From: Nitrosopumilus sp.
GTDB lineage: Archaea > Thermoproteota > Nitrososphaeria > Nitrososphaerales > Nitrosopumilaceae
Assembly (NCBI GenBank): GCA_965249555.1
Contig: OZ252243.1
Coordinates: 992,001-1,056,000, forward strand
Length of the DNA stretch: 64,000 bases
Direction of reading: 5' to 3'
The notes below the pieces were generated by a model. That model was not told where the DNA came from. It worked only from the letters and a program-made list of their open reading frames with translations, and searched no databases. Made by a program: the position numbers and the translations under genes. Shown one piece after another: positions 19,277 to 29,546 of the stretch; the first letter of the stretch is position 1, and every line of letters starts with the position of its first letter.

Positions 19277-19879
19277 TTATGCAATAATTGGGTTAGTTTG
19301 AACGTCTTCAACCTTTGCTTTTCCCTTCTCAGTAATTGAATATGTGTATGGTTTAGTTTCTATATTTCTTTGAACATAACCACCATCAAATAATTTCTTC
19401 ATTAATCTTGAAGTATGTTCCCTACTTCTCTTTAATGTGATGTGTATGTCACGTGATGTCATAGTTTTGTTTGTGATTAATTGCAACACATAATCTGTTG
19501 GGTTTGTGTGATCTATACTAGAAATATTGGGTGTGGAAATTAGTTTTTCAGACCTTATTTTAGGTTGAATTACTTTTTCTACATTATTTTCTTCTGCTTT
19601 GTTATTTAACAACTTTTCTAAGAGTTGTTTTAATTCTAACTTAGAATCCTCTGTTTTAGGCTCAATTCCTTGAATTTCTAATGCATCTAGGCGTATTTTC
19701 ATATCAATTAACTGCCTTTCGTAGTACTCTAAACGCTCAGATTGTGGAACATCAGACATTTCACTTTTTGATTTAATGAATGGAAGTACTTTGTAAAACA
19801 CATACAATCCACCTAAACCAACTACAAATGCTAAAATCACACTCAAAATCACTTCAGGATCAGGAATTTCTACTAACAT
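19277..19879 (-). CDS. Membrane-anchored coiled-coil + winged-helix protein
   Basis: TM VILSVILAFVVGLGGLYVFY; coiled coil ERLEYYERQLIDMKIRLDALE; wHTH MTSRDIHITLKRSREHTSRLMKKLFDGGYV..Y.ITEKGK. ATG 19879 preferred. Confidence 0.85.
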   Translation of the reverse strand: MLVEIPDPEVILSVILAFVVGLGGLYVFYKVLPFIKSKSEMSDVPQSERLEYYERQLIDMKIRLDALEIQGIEPKTEDSKLELKQLLEKLLNNKAEENNVEKVIQPKIRSEKLISTPNISSIDHTNPTDYVLQLITNKTMTSRDIHITLKRSREHTSRLMKKLFDGGYVQRNIETKPYTYSITEKGKAKVEDVQTNPIIA

Positions 19880-20126
19880 CACAAATTTACGCCTATGTTG
19901 TGATTTATCGTGATTGAACAACATTATTTCACACTTTAGATTAACATACTGACACACATAATCACAAACACATCAACTACTTTTTGATATTTATCATCAC
20001 AAATATCACATATTACATGCCTTTCGAATAGTCATATCTATCACCCTAGTGATTTGTTCTTCTCTTTCTGGGAAGATATCACCATCATTCATCACACGAA
20101 TGTTCTCTGAAAGTTTGGATATCACA
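19436..20126. repeat. Dense ATCAC/GTGAT motif array (17 copies)
   Basis: Starts at 19437, 19453, 19473, 19508, 19836, 19848, 19878, 19900, 19910, 19961, 19996, 20005, 20040, 20049, 20078, 20091, 20121. Confidence 0.85.
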
Positions 20127-20368
20127 TCAATATCATCAGGTAAGAGTATGCCTAGACCGCGAAAAAGTATAATTGAATAGAATAATGCGATTAATTTCTC
20201 TCTAGATTGCCCAACTTGCCTATAATATGCTCCTCTTGTTATAGGAAATTTAGATTCTAGAAGATCCTTCTGATTTAAAATAATTTTAATTTGTCGCTCT
20301 GTAAATAGAGATTTTTTGATGATTTGGCGAATAATATTGTTAAAATTAGATTCTTTAGAGTCTGCCAT
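20006..20368 (-). CDS. Hypothetical protein with HTH-like N-terminus
   Basis: SLFTERQ..ITRGAYYRQVGQSREKL resembles a sigma-r4/LuxR-type HTH. Confidence 0.75.
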   Translation of the reverse strand: MADSKESNFNNIIRQIIKKSLFTERQIKIILNQKDLLESKFPITRGAYYRQVGQSREKLIALFYSIILFRGLGILLPDDIDVISKLSENIRVMNDGDIFPEREEQITRVIDMTIRKACNM

Positions 20369-20433
20369 AGCTATACAAATCTGTATACTGACATTCCAAT
20401 TAAACTTTAAAGAGTCATCTACAAACCTCCACT

Positions 20434-21186
20434 ATGACTGGAAACAAAGTTGAATCGTTCCTAAAATCAGAATTAAAAAAGAAAAACGCATTGTTATTTG
20501 TTTTAATTGATTCTGAAGTATCACAATTACAGGCATCAAGCAAGCTTGCCAAAGATGTTGAAAAGATTGGTGCATCTGCAATCTTGGTTGGAGGCTCCTC
20601 AGCCACTGATCAGATTGAGATGGCTCAAGTGGTTAAAGGCATCAAAAAAGGTATTAAAATTCCAATAATCTTGTTTCCTGGAAATGTCACAGGCGTTGTG
20701 CCTGATGCTGATGCAATCCTATTTAGCTCCCTAATGAACTCAGAAAATCCATACTTTATCACACAAGCACAAGCATTGGGAGCCCCAAGTGTTCTCAAAT
20801 TTGGTTTAGAACCACTTCCAACCGCTTATTTGGTGATTGGAGATGGAACCTCAGCTTGGTTTGTTGGTTCTGCACGAGGAATTCCTTTTGAAAAACCAAA
20901 AATTGCTGCTGCATATGCCCTTGCCGCTCAATTTCTTGGAATGAGATTTGTATATTTAGAAGCAGGTTCTGGTGCAAAAACTAGTGTTACTCCAGAGATG
21001 GTCAAAACAGTAAGGCGTGCTTTTAATGGATTCTTGATAGTAGGAGGAGGAATCAAAGATGTAAAAACTGCCCAAAACTTGGTCAAAGCAGGAGCCGATG
21101 CTTTGGTAATTGGTACATTCCTTGAAAAAGGAGGAAGCATCAAAAAACTCCAAGAAATAGCAAAAGTAATTCAAAGAAGCAAGTAG
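20434..21186 (+). CDS. Geranylgeranylglyceryl phosphate synthase
   Basis: ILVGGS, ILFPG, YLEAGSGA, IVGGGI, VIGT. Confidence 0.93.
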   Translation: MTGNKVESFLKSELKKKNALLFVLIDSEVSQLQASSKLAKDVEKIGASAILVGGSSATDQIEMAQVVKGIKKGIKIPIILFPGNVTGVVPDADAILFSSLMNSENPYFITQAQALGAPSVLKFGLEPLPTAYLVIGDGTSAWFVGSARGIPFEKPKIAAAYALAAQFLGMRFVYLEAGSGAKTSVTPEMVKTVRRAFNGFLIVGGGIKDVKTAQNLVKAGADALVIGTFLEKGGSIKKLQEIAKVIQRSK

Positions 21187-21198
21187 TAGAATTGTATC

Positions 21199-24100
21199 AT
21201 GTCAGATAACGATGCAATTTCTCGTATTAGTGATATTAAGATGCCAGATTATTATCATGATTACTACTCAAATCTTTCAAGTGAAACAGTTTCCATCTTT
21301 GAGAAAGCAGCAGTTGCAAAATCAAGTTTGGTAGACTCTTCAGGTATAATTGAACCTAAAATCGCATTTGATTTGGCAGATCGTGTTTCCAAAATGCACG
21401 AAATTGATATTGCTGAACCTCTTAGAGAACTACTAAAAACAAACGGGAAGGAACTCTCTGCACTTATTTTATCAAAAGAAATTGCTCTTGGTGAATACTC
21501 TCTTTCTGATGCTACCTTAGAAGACAAACTAGATCTTGCAGTTCGTGTAGGGTTAGCCATTGTTACAGAAGGAGTAACCATCGCGCCTTTACAGGGAATT
21601 AGTGAAGTAAAAATCAAGAAAAACAAAGATGGCACTGAGTATCTTTCAGTTTCTATTGCAGGACCTATGCGTTCAGCAGGAGGAACAGAATCTGCTGTAA
21701 CAATGTTAATTGCAGACCATGTTAGAAAAGCAGTTGGTTTAACAAAATACCAAGCAAATTCATTTGATGATGAAACTGGTAGATTTGTAGAGGAATTACG
21801 AATCTATGAAAGAGAGGCCAGTAGTTTTCAATTTCATATTTTAGATGAAGATATCGAACATGTCATTTCTCACCTTCCAGTCGAATTAGATGGAGTAGAT
21901 ACGGATCCATTTGAGGTTGTAAATCACAAATCAATGATTCGCATCAAAACTGATAGGGTTAGAGGTGGCGCTTTACGTGTCTTAAATGATGGATTGATTG
22001 GAAGATCCAAAAAACTTCTCAAAAGGATTGAACTATACAATCTAGATGGTTGGGAGTGGCTTAATGATCTTAAAGGTGTAGTTCAAACAGGTGAAAATCA
22101 GGAAGACGCAGCTGCTAAAAGAATGCGTGAAGTAATTACAGGAAGATCAGTCTTATCTATGCCTAAAAAGTTAGGTGGATTCCGATTAAGATATGGAAGA
22201 GCATGTAATACAGGCTTTGCAGCAGTTGGAATTCATCCCGTAGTAGGTGAAATTTTAGATCATACCATAGTTGTAGGAACACAAATCAAAATTGACATTC
22301 CAGGAAAAGGAGCAACTATTGCTTTTGTTGATTCTATTGATACTCCAATAGTTCGCCTAAAAAATGGCAATGTTGTAAAGATTAGAGACATTAAACATGG
22401 ATTAGAAATTAAAAATGAAATTGAAAAAATCCTACACTTGGGAGATATACTAATTTCATTTGGAGACTTTCTTGAAAATAATGCTCAACTTATTCCTTCA
22501 GGGTATGTTGAAGAATTTTGGATAGAGGAACTAAAACAAAAAATCCAAAAATATGAACCTGATGATCAGTATCTAAAACAATTTCTGACTAGAGTACCCA
22601 CAATAGATGAGGCACTGAAAATTTCCCTTGACTTTCAAATTCCACTTTATCCACATTATCTATATTTCTGGGATAAAATCTCATCAAAAGAACTTGGTCA
22701 ACTTTTAGAACCAAAACAAGTTACTGAAACATCAATTGAATACTTTGTGGAAATAAAAAAAATCCTTGAAAAATTGGGCACTCCTCATAAAGTTGAAAAT
22801 GAAACTATAGTCCTAGAAAATCTAGAGGCAAAAATTTTCTTTAATTTATTGTTTAGAGAAAAACCAACAATTAGTGATTTGTCAGTTCCAAAAATTTTAA
22901 CAAAATCATCAGGAATTCAAATTAAAAATAAATTTTCAACATCTATTGGGGTTCGAATTGGAAGACCTGAAAAAGCAGCTGCTAGACAAATGAAACCTCC
23001 TACACACATATTATTTCCAATTAGTGACAAAGGAGGACCTACCAGAGATCTTCTAAAGGCATCAAGAAATGAACACTTCTTTACTAACATATTCAATAGA
23101 CATTGTGACCAATGTAATGAACCCTCTATAGGCATCAAGTGCTCTAGATGTGGCACTAAAACAACAATTTACTACAAATGTTCTAACTGTAGAGACACTC
23201 TTACTGAACCATATTGTGAAAAATGTAAACGCAAAGTACAAACTCACTCACACAAAGAATTTCCACTAAAAACAAAATTACTATCAGCTCAGGAAAAAAT
23301 GGGATTACGTGTCAAAGAACCATTCAAAGGCGTCAAAGAGCTAATTAATCAAGATAGAATTGCTGAACCTCTAGAAAAAGGAATTACACGTCAAAACTTT
23401 GGGCTTACAGTCTTCAAAGATGGAACTGTTAGGTTTGATGCAACAAATTCTCCCTTAACCCAATTCAAACCATCATGGATTGGAACATCGATAGAGAAAC
23501 TAAAGGGGCTTGGATATTTTCACGACATAGATGGGAAACCACTTACAAACTTAGAACAGATTGTTGAACTTCGTATGCAAGATGTGATAATTCCGTATGA
23601 TAGTGGAAATTATTTGGTTTCTACTTGTAAATACATTGATACTCTTTTAGTGAAATTCTATGGAAAATCTTCATTTTACAATGTAAAGAATACTGAAGAG
23701 CTTATCGGCCATCTAGTAATTGGCTTAGCTCCACATACTTCTGTTGGAATAGTAGGACGAATCATTGGATATACTGAAACACATGTTTGTTTTGGAACTC
23801 CAAACTGGCACTCTGCAAAAAGAAGAGATGCTGATGGTGATGCTGATTCTATTATGCTTCTTATGGATAGCTTACTTAATTTCTCAAGACAATTTCTTTC
23901 TGATAGAATAGGTGGGCTAATGGATGCTCCATTACTTGTGCAACCTCTAGTTTTACCACATGAATCTCAACCACAAGCACACAATCTTGAAGTCACAAAG
24001 TATCTTCCTTTAGAATTCTTCGAGTCCACATTTCAACAGAACAAAGCATCAGATATAACATCTGTAGAAATTATCAAGTCACGTCTTGAAACTGAAAGGC

Positions 24101-24576
24101 AATTTTATGATTATTTCTTTACACATTCAACTTCATCACTAACCACTTCAAAATCTCGTAGTGCCTACTCTACACTTGGCTCAATGCTTGACAAATTTGA
24201 TATGCAAATTAGAAATGCTGAATTAATTGATGTGGTAAATCCTTCAGAAATTGTTTCAAATGTCATTTCAACACATCTGGTTCCAGATATTATGGGAAAT
24301 CTTAGAGCATACGCTAGACAAAACTTTAGGTGCACAGGTTGTGGAAAATCATTCCGTCGGATGCCTCTAATTCAAACATGTGTATGTGGTCATAAACTAA
24401 TTCCTACAATTACCAGAGGCTCTGTTGAAAAATATCTAAAACTTGCAAAAAGACTTGTTGAGAAATATGATGTTGGTGAATATCAAAGAGGAAGAATTCA
24501 TGCTCTATCAGACGAAATTGAATTAGTATTTGGTAAGAGTAAAGGAGACCAATCACTTCTTACTGATTACGCCTAG
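21199..24576 (+). CDS. polD2: DNA polymerase D large subunit DP2
   Basis: AGPMRSAGGT, GGFRLRYGR, FKDGTVRFD, AKRRDADGDAD, C-terminal Zn finger; no intein seen. Confidence 0.97.
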   Translation: MSDNDAISRISDIKMPDYYHDYYSNLSSETVSIFEKAAVAKSSLVDSSGIIEPKIAFDLADRVSKMHEIDIAEPLRELLKTNGKELSALILSKEIALGEYSLSDATLEDKLDLAVRVGLAIVTEGVTIAPLQGISEVKIKKNKDGTEYLSVSIAGPMRSAGGTESAVTMLIADHVRKAVGLTKYQANSFDDETGRFVEELRIYEREASSFQFHILDEDIEHVISHLPVELDGVDTDPFEVVNHKSMIRIKTDRVRGGALRVLNDGLIGRSKKLLKRIELYNLDGWEWLNDLKGVVQTGENQEDAAAKRMREVITGRSVLSMPKKLGGFRLRYGRACNTGFAAVGIHPVVGEILDHTIVVGTQIKIDIPGKGATIAFVDSIDTPIVRLKNGNVVKIRDIKHGLEIKNEIEKILHLGDILISFGDFLENNAQLIPSGYVEEFWIEELKQKIQKYEPDDQYLKQFLTRVPTIDEALKISLDFQIPLYPHYLYFWDKISSKELGQLLEPKQVTETSIEYFVEIKKILEKLGTPHKVENETIVLENLEAKIFFNLLFREKPTISDLSVPKILTKSSGIQIKNKFSTSIGVRIGRPEKAAARQMKPPTHILFPISDKGGPTRDLLKASRNEHFFTNIFNRHCDQCNEPSIGIKCSRCGTKTTIYYKCSNCRDTLTEPYCEKCKRKVQTHSHKEFPLKTKLLSAQEKMGLRVKEPFKGVKELINQDRIAEPLEKGITRQNFGLTVFKDGTVRFDATNSPLTQFKPSWIGTSIEKLKGLGYFHDIDGKPLTNLEQIVELRMQDVIIPYDSGNYLVSTCKYIDTLLVKFYGKSSFYNVKNTEELIGHLVIGLAPHTSVGIVGRIIGYTETHVCFGTPNWHSAKRRDADGDADSIMLLMDSLLNFSRQFLSDRIGGLMDAPLLVQPLVLPHESQPQAHNLEVTKYLPLEFFESTFQQNKASDITSVEIIKSRLETERQFYDYFFTHSTSSLTTSKSRSAYSTLGSMLDKFDMQIRNAELIDVVNPSEIVSNVISTHLVPDIMGNLRAYARQNFRCTGCGKSFRRMPLIQTCVCGHKLIPTITRGSVEKYLKLAKRLVEKYDVGEYQRGRIHALSDEIELVFGKSKGDQSLLTDYA

Positions 24577-24578
24577 AA

Positions 24579-25901
24579 CTATCTCAGTTTGACGTACTCG
24601 TAAGCACCTAATTTGTTATCAAAACAGAATTTGACTTTTTGATAGTTTTTTCTTAATGCCTTAACTTTTGGAAGTATCTTTTTTGGATCCTTTTTCTCAA
24701 TAACTACTTGTTTAATGAAAGATGCAATTTCTTGCATCTCATTCTTTTTCATTCCAAGTCGTGTTATTTCAGAAACTCCTAATCTAATTCCACTAGGATG
24801 AAAATAATTTCTTCCTGCCTTAATATCACCTGGAATGAGTTGTCTGTTAACTATGATGTTAGCTTTTTCTAAATCTGCTTCTACTTTTCCACCATCAGAA
24901 TAATCTAAAACATTAACTGCAATCTGATGTGATTCTGTAAATCCTCTACTTTCTCCTAATACCTTGAATCCCATATCATGCAAAGTCTCTGCAAACAACT
25001 TTGCATTTTTTATGACCTGAGTTGCATAGTCTTTTCCAAACTCTAAAGCCTCTGCAAAAGCAACTGCTTTTCCAGCCATATGATGAATGTGGTGGCTACT
25101 TGTAAGGCCCGGAAACGTTGCTTTTTTGATAACCTCTTCATGTTCTTTAGATCCGAGAACAAGTCCTCCTTGAGGTCCAAACAAAGTCTTATGAGTACTC
25201 ATAGTCATAGTATCTGCGCCTTCACGTAGAGGGTCTTGGAATTTTCCACCAGCAATTAATCCAGCAACATGAGCTGCATCATAATTGATGTGCATATCAT
25301 AACTCTTTAGAAAATCTGATAATTCTTTGACAGGATGTGGAAATAAGAATAATGAACCACCAAACATTGCCATCTTTGGAAGACGACCATCTTTTTTTAG
25401 AGTCTTTATTTTTTGTTTTGTCTTATCTACATCAATTGTCATTTCTTCAGCATTAAATGGATAGAACTCTATCTCTAATCCATGAACTAGACCAGCAGTT
25501 CCAAAATGCTCCTTTTTACCATGTGATATGTGACCACCTGCAGGAATAGAAGGTGCTAGCATTACATCACCTGGATTGGTAAAAGAAGAATACACTATAA
25601 GATTTGCAACAACTCCTGAAGTTGGTCTTACATCAGCAAATTTTGCTTTGTACAATTTTTTAGCCAACTTCATACATTCAAATTCTACATCATCAATGTA
25701 GATACATCCAGCATACACTCTCTCCCCAGGCCATCCTTCAGCATACCTATTTCCAAAATCTGAGATTATAGCTTCTCGAACAGCAGGACTTGGAATATTC
25801 TCACTTGCAATTAATGGAATTGAATTTTCAAACCATTTGTGATGTTCCTTTAATTTAGCGAAAATCTTATTGTAAGATTCTTTATTTTGTGACTTGGCCA
25901 T
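24579..25901 (-). CDS. glyA: Serine hydroxymethyltransferase
   Basis: LIASEN, YAEGWPGERVYAG, STHKTLFGPQGG. Confidence 0.96.
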   Translation of the reverse strand: MAKSQNKESYNKIFAKLKEHHKWFENSIPLIASENIPSPAVREAIISDFGNRYAEGWPGERVYAGCIYIDDVEFECMKLAKKLYKAKFADVRPTSGVVANLIVYSSFTNPGDVMLAPSIPAGGHISHGKKEHFGTAGLVHGLEIEFYPFNAEEMTIDVDKTKQKIKTLKKDGRLPKMAMFGGSLFLFPHPVKELSDFLKSYDMHINYDAAHVAGLIAGGKFQDPLREGADTMTMSTHKTLFGPQGGLVLGSKEHEEVIKKATFPGLTSSHHIHHMAGKAVAFAEALEFGKDYATQVIKNAKLFAETLHDMGFKVLGESRGFTESHQIAVNVLDYSDGGKVEADLEKANIIVNRQLIPGDIKAGRNYFHPSGIRLGVSEITRLGMKKNEMQEIASFIKQVVIEKKDPKKILPKVKALRKNYQKVKFCFDNKLGAYEYVKLR

Positions 25902-26004
25902 ATTTTGAAATTTGATTTTCCCAATTTAAAAACACCGATGCTGCCTCAAATTTTCATATTCTGATCTGCAAGGTATAAAAGGGGAATCTGGAGTTTCAGC
26001 ATTT

Positions 26005-27699
26005 ATGGGTATGCAAGCCACTTCCAAAGGAAATATGCCAGTTGTATTGCTAAAGGAAGGCGGTTCAGAAACCAAAGGCAGAGATGCACAAAAGAATAAC
26101 ATTGCTGCATGCAAAATTGTTGCCGAAATTGTTCAAACCAGCCTAGGTCCACGAGGCATGGATAAAATGCTAGTTGACTCCTTGGGAGATGTTACTATTA
26201 CCAATGATGGTGCAACTATCCTAAAAGAAATTGATGTTCAACATCCAGCTGCAAAAATGCTAGTTGAAATTTCTAAAACTACAGATAATGAAGTTGGAGA
26301 TGGCACAACTTCAGTTGTTGTATTGGCAGGTGCTTTACTTGATAACGCTGAATTATTAATTGATCAAGATGTTCATCCAACAATTATTGTTGATGGTTAT
26401 AGAAAATCTGCAAAAAAGGCAAAACAGTTTCTTGAAAGTATTGCTGACCAAGTATCTGCAAATGATAAAAACATTCTAACTAAAATCGCAAAAACCTCAA
26501 TGCAAACTAAACTTGTTAGAAAGGACTCTGATCAACTCGCAGATATTGTTGTAAAATCTATTCTTGCTGTTTCAGAAAAAGATGGTGAAACTTACAGTGT
26601 TGATATTGATGATATTAAAGTAGAAAAGAAGGCTGGAGGCTCTATCAAAGACACGACGATTATTCAGGGAATTGTTCTTGATAAAGAAATTGTTAATGGA
26701 GGAATGCCTACAAAAATCACTGAAGCTAAAATTGCATTAATTAATACCGCATTAGAAATTAGCAAAACTGAAACTGATGCAAAAATTAACATTTCTAATC
26801 CTCAACAACTAAAATCATTTCTAGATGAAGAAAACAGAATGTTAAAGACAATGGTTGACAAAGTCATTGGCTCTGGGGCAAATGTAGTTTTATGTCAAAA
26901 AGGTATTGATGATATGGCTCAACATTATCTAGCAAAAGCTGGAATTATTGCAGTTAGAAGAATTAAAGAAAGTGATCTTGAAAAACTTGCAAGAGCAACA
27001 GGTGCAAGAATAGTTACAAACCTTGATGATCTTTTTGAAAAAGATCTAGGTAGTGCAGATCTTGTTGAAGAAAGAAAAATTGAAGAAGACAAATGGGTAT
27101 TTGTTGAAGGCTGCAAACATCCAAAATCAGTTACCTTGCTTCTTCGTGGAGGCTCACAAAGAGTAGTTGATGAAGTTGAACGCTCTGTTCATGATGCACT
27201 AATGGTTGTAAAAGATGTAATGGAAAATCCTTCAATTGTTGCAGGCGGCGGTGCCCCTGAGACATATGCTGCAACTAAACTAAGAAGTTGGGCAAAATCT
27301 CTAGAAGGAAGAGAACAATTAGCTGCTGAAAAATTTGCTGATGCTTTAGAATCAATTCCATTAACACTTTCTGAAAATGCTGGAATGGATCCAATTGATA
27401 CAATGACATATCTTCGCTCAAGACAACAGAAAGGAGAGAAATGGACTGGAATTGATGTTATGAAAGGAAAGATCTCTAATATGAAATTAAGTGATATTAT
27501 TGAACCACTTACAGTTAAACTTCAAATTGTATCTGCAGCTTCTGAAGCTGCATGTATGATTCTTAGAATTGATGATGTAATTGCTACCCAAAAATCTGCT
27601 GGTGGTCCACCTGGCGGAGGAGAAGGAGGTATGCCACCTGGTATGGGTGGAATGCCACCTGGTATGGGTGGAATGCCTGATATGGGCGGAATGATGTAA
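26005..27699 (+). CDS. ths: Thermosome (group II chaperonin) subunit
   Basis: [20 protein letters not shown]-rich tail. Confidence 0.96.
   Translation: MGMQATSKGNMPVVLLKEGGSETKGRDAQKNNIAACKIVAEIVQTSLGPRGMDKMLVDSLGDVTITNDGATILKEIDVQHPAAKMLVEISKTTDNEVGDGTTSVVVLAGALLDNAELLIDQDVHPTIIVDGYRKSAKKAKQFLESIADQVSANDKNILTKIAKTSMQTKLVRKDSDQLADIVVKSILAVSEKDGETYSVDIDDIKVEKKAGGSIKDTTIIQGIVLDKEIVNGGMPTKITEAKIALINTALEISKTETDAKINISNPQQLKSFLDEENRMLKTMVDKVIGSGANVVLCQKGIDDMAQHYLAKAGIIAVRRIKESDLEKLARATGARIVTNLDDLFEKDLGSADLVEERKIEEDKWVFVEGCKHPKSVTLLLRGGSQRVVDEVERSVHDALMVVKDVMENPSIVAGGGAPETYAATKLRSWAKSLEGREQLAAEKFADALESIPLTLSENAGMDPIDTMTYLRSRQQKGEKWTGIDVMKGKISNMKLSDIIEPLTVKLQIVSAASEAACMILRIDDVIATQKSAGGPPGGGEGGMPPGMGGMPPGMGGMPDMGGMM
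27631..27677 (+). repeat. 21-bp tandem repeat x2 in chaperonin GGM tail
   Basis: ATGCCACCTGGTATGGGTGGA twice plus ATGCC. Confidence 0.9.
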
Positions 27700-27755
27700 A
27701 TCATTTTGAAAAATTTCTTTAAAAGTTTATTTGATAATTACATTCACGAACAACA

Positions 27756-28034
27756 TTGAATAAAACATCATCCAAAATACTTACTAGTTTCAAGTACGTT
27801 TACCTAGTTGCATTTTTTACATTACTTGCTGGATTCTTTTATCCACTAATTACTAACACAAGTTTTGATGGTGTAATCATTGGCGTTTTGATATTATTTA
27901 TGGGTCTTGCTGGTGGAGTCTTATTGTATAGAGCTGCTACATCTGAAAAGTGGAGAGGAATATATCTAGGAGGGGGATTTGCTCTGATGGCGGTTTCATT
28001 ATTTTGTATCTTTCAGCTTACTGGAAGAGCCTAA
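27756..28034 (+). CDS. Small 3-TM membrane protein
   Basis: 92-aa hydrophobic ORF. Confidence 0.75.
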   Translation: MNKTSSKILTSFKYVYLVAFFTLLAGFFYPLITNTSFDGVIIGVLILFMGLAGGVLLYRAATSEKWRGIYLGGGFALMAVSLFCIFQLTGRA

Positions 28035-29491
28035 ACATCAAAGTATAGATAAAATTCATGCGGATGTGGCCTAATGGCAATTTCACGCTGATCTCTTCTT
28101 TCTAATTCTATTACCTTATCAATTACATCATTAGTGTAAATTGGATTAAGGAATTTTCTATCACTCTCTAACTCATCTAATGCTTCACCAAGACTTTTTG
28201 GAAGAACACCAATACCTCTTTTAGCTCTGTCTGATCTAGTCATCTTGAAGATATCTTCACGTATTTGTTCTCCAGGATCCATCTTCTTTTTGATTCCATC
28301 CAATCCAGCTGCTACTACTGCAGCAAATACAAGATATGGATTAGATGAAGGATCAGGAGCTCTAAACTCTAATCTCTTTAGGTGGGCATATTCTTTTCCT
28401 TTGAGATGTTTTGGAACTCTAACTATGGCAGAACGATTTCCTGAACTCCATGCAATGTATACTGGAGCTTCATATCCAGGTACGAGTCTATGGTATGAAT
28501 TAGTAGTAGGATTACAAATTGCTGATAGTGCTTTGGCATGATTAATGATTCCACCGCAAAAGTATCTTCCAGTTTGGCTTAATTCAATCTCATCATCTGG
28601 GTCAAAAAATATATTTTCATTTCCATTCCATAAACTAACATTAACATGCATTCCAGAACCTGAGTCCATTGCAATTGGTTTTGGCATCATTGTTGCAACC
28701 TTTCCATATTTCTGTGCAATATTTCTAATAACATACTTGTAGGATTGTGCAGCATCTGCAGCATTTGTCAAGCGGTCGTATCTGATATCAATTTCACATT
28801 GTCCTGCAGTTGCAACTTCATGGTGATGATTATCACATAATATTCCAAAATTTTTATTCAGAATGTTTACACATTCATTTCTGTATGGTGTAAGAGTGTC
28901 TGATGGTGTACTAGGATAATATCCTTCTTGTAATCCCATTGGATATCCATCTCCTTCTTGGCTCCATGGAGCTTCTTTTGATTCAATTGAATAAGACTGT
29001 CCTTTGTATGGCGTTAAAACATCCCAATGTACCTTATCAAAAACAAAAAATTCCACCTCTGGGCCCCATGTACTATAATCAAATCCCTGAGTTTTGATAT
29101 ATTCTTCAGCTTTTTGCGCAATTCCTCTAGGATCTCTTGATAATCTTCCTCTATCTTCTCCCCAAAAAACATCACAAAGAAGTCTAGCTGTTTTGTTTTC
29201 AGTCATCCAAGGAATTATTGCAAATGTATTTGGGTCTGGCTTGAGAAGTAGATCTGAATCATCAATACTAGTAAAGCCAACAATTGATGAACCATCCAAT
29301 TTTGGTAATCCATCTCTCATTTGTTCAGGGGTAAACAAGTTAGCTGAAATTGTGGTATGATGAAAATGGCCTGTAAGACCTGTGAATTGTAAATCAATAA
29401 ACTGAATGTTTTCGTGTTGAATCCTAGCAAAAACTTCATCAGGTGAATATGTTATTGGGATTGCTTTACCATGACTAACTTTATAGGGCAA
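28031..29491 (-). CDS. glnA: Glutamine synthetase type I
   Basis: DGSSIVGF, HHEVATAGQCEI, GSGMH, RLVPGYEAP, RLEFRAPDP; TTG at 29491 is the likely start. Confidence 0.96.
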   Translation of the reverse strand: MPYKVSHGKAIPITYSPDEVFARIQHENIQFIDLQFTGLTGHFHHTTISANLFTPEQMRDGLPKLDGSSIVGFTSIDDSDLLLKPDPNTFAIIPWMTENKTARLLCDVFWGEDRGRLSRDPRGIAQKAEEYIKTQGFDYSTWGPEVEFFVFDKVHWDVLTPYKGQSYSIESKEAPWSQEGDGYPMGLQEGYYPSTPSDTLTPYRNECVNILNKNFGILCDNHHHEVATAGQCEIDIRYDRLTNAADAAQSYKYVIRNIAQKYGKVATMMPKPIAMDSGSGMHVNVSLWNGNENIFFDPDDEIELSQTGRYFCGGIINHAKALSAICNPTTNSYHRLVPGYEAPVYIAWSSGNRSAIVRVPKHLKGKEYAHLKRLEFRAPDPSSNPYLVFAAVVAAGLDGIKKKMDPGEQIREDIFKMTRSDRAKRGIGVLPKSLGEALDELESDRKFLNPIYTNDVIDKVIELERRDQREIAIRPHPHEFYLYFDV

Positions 29492-29546
29492 TTTTTTTAC
29501 TTCAATCAAACACAAATACACCCAGCATTTAAGGATTAGGTAAGAA

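Noticed and set aside
21199-24576. Intein in DP2 (also checked Cdc6 and Cdc48)
   Set aside because: Normal lengths, no splice-junction or LAGLIDADG motifs
27631-27677. GGM repeat as a novelty
   Set aside because: Common chaperonin C-terminal feature
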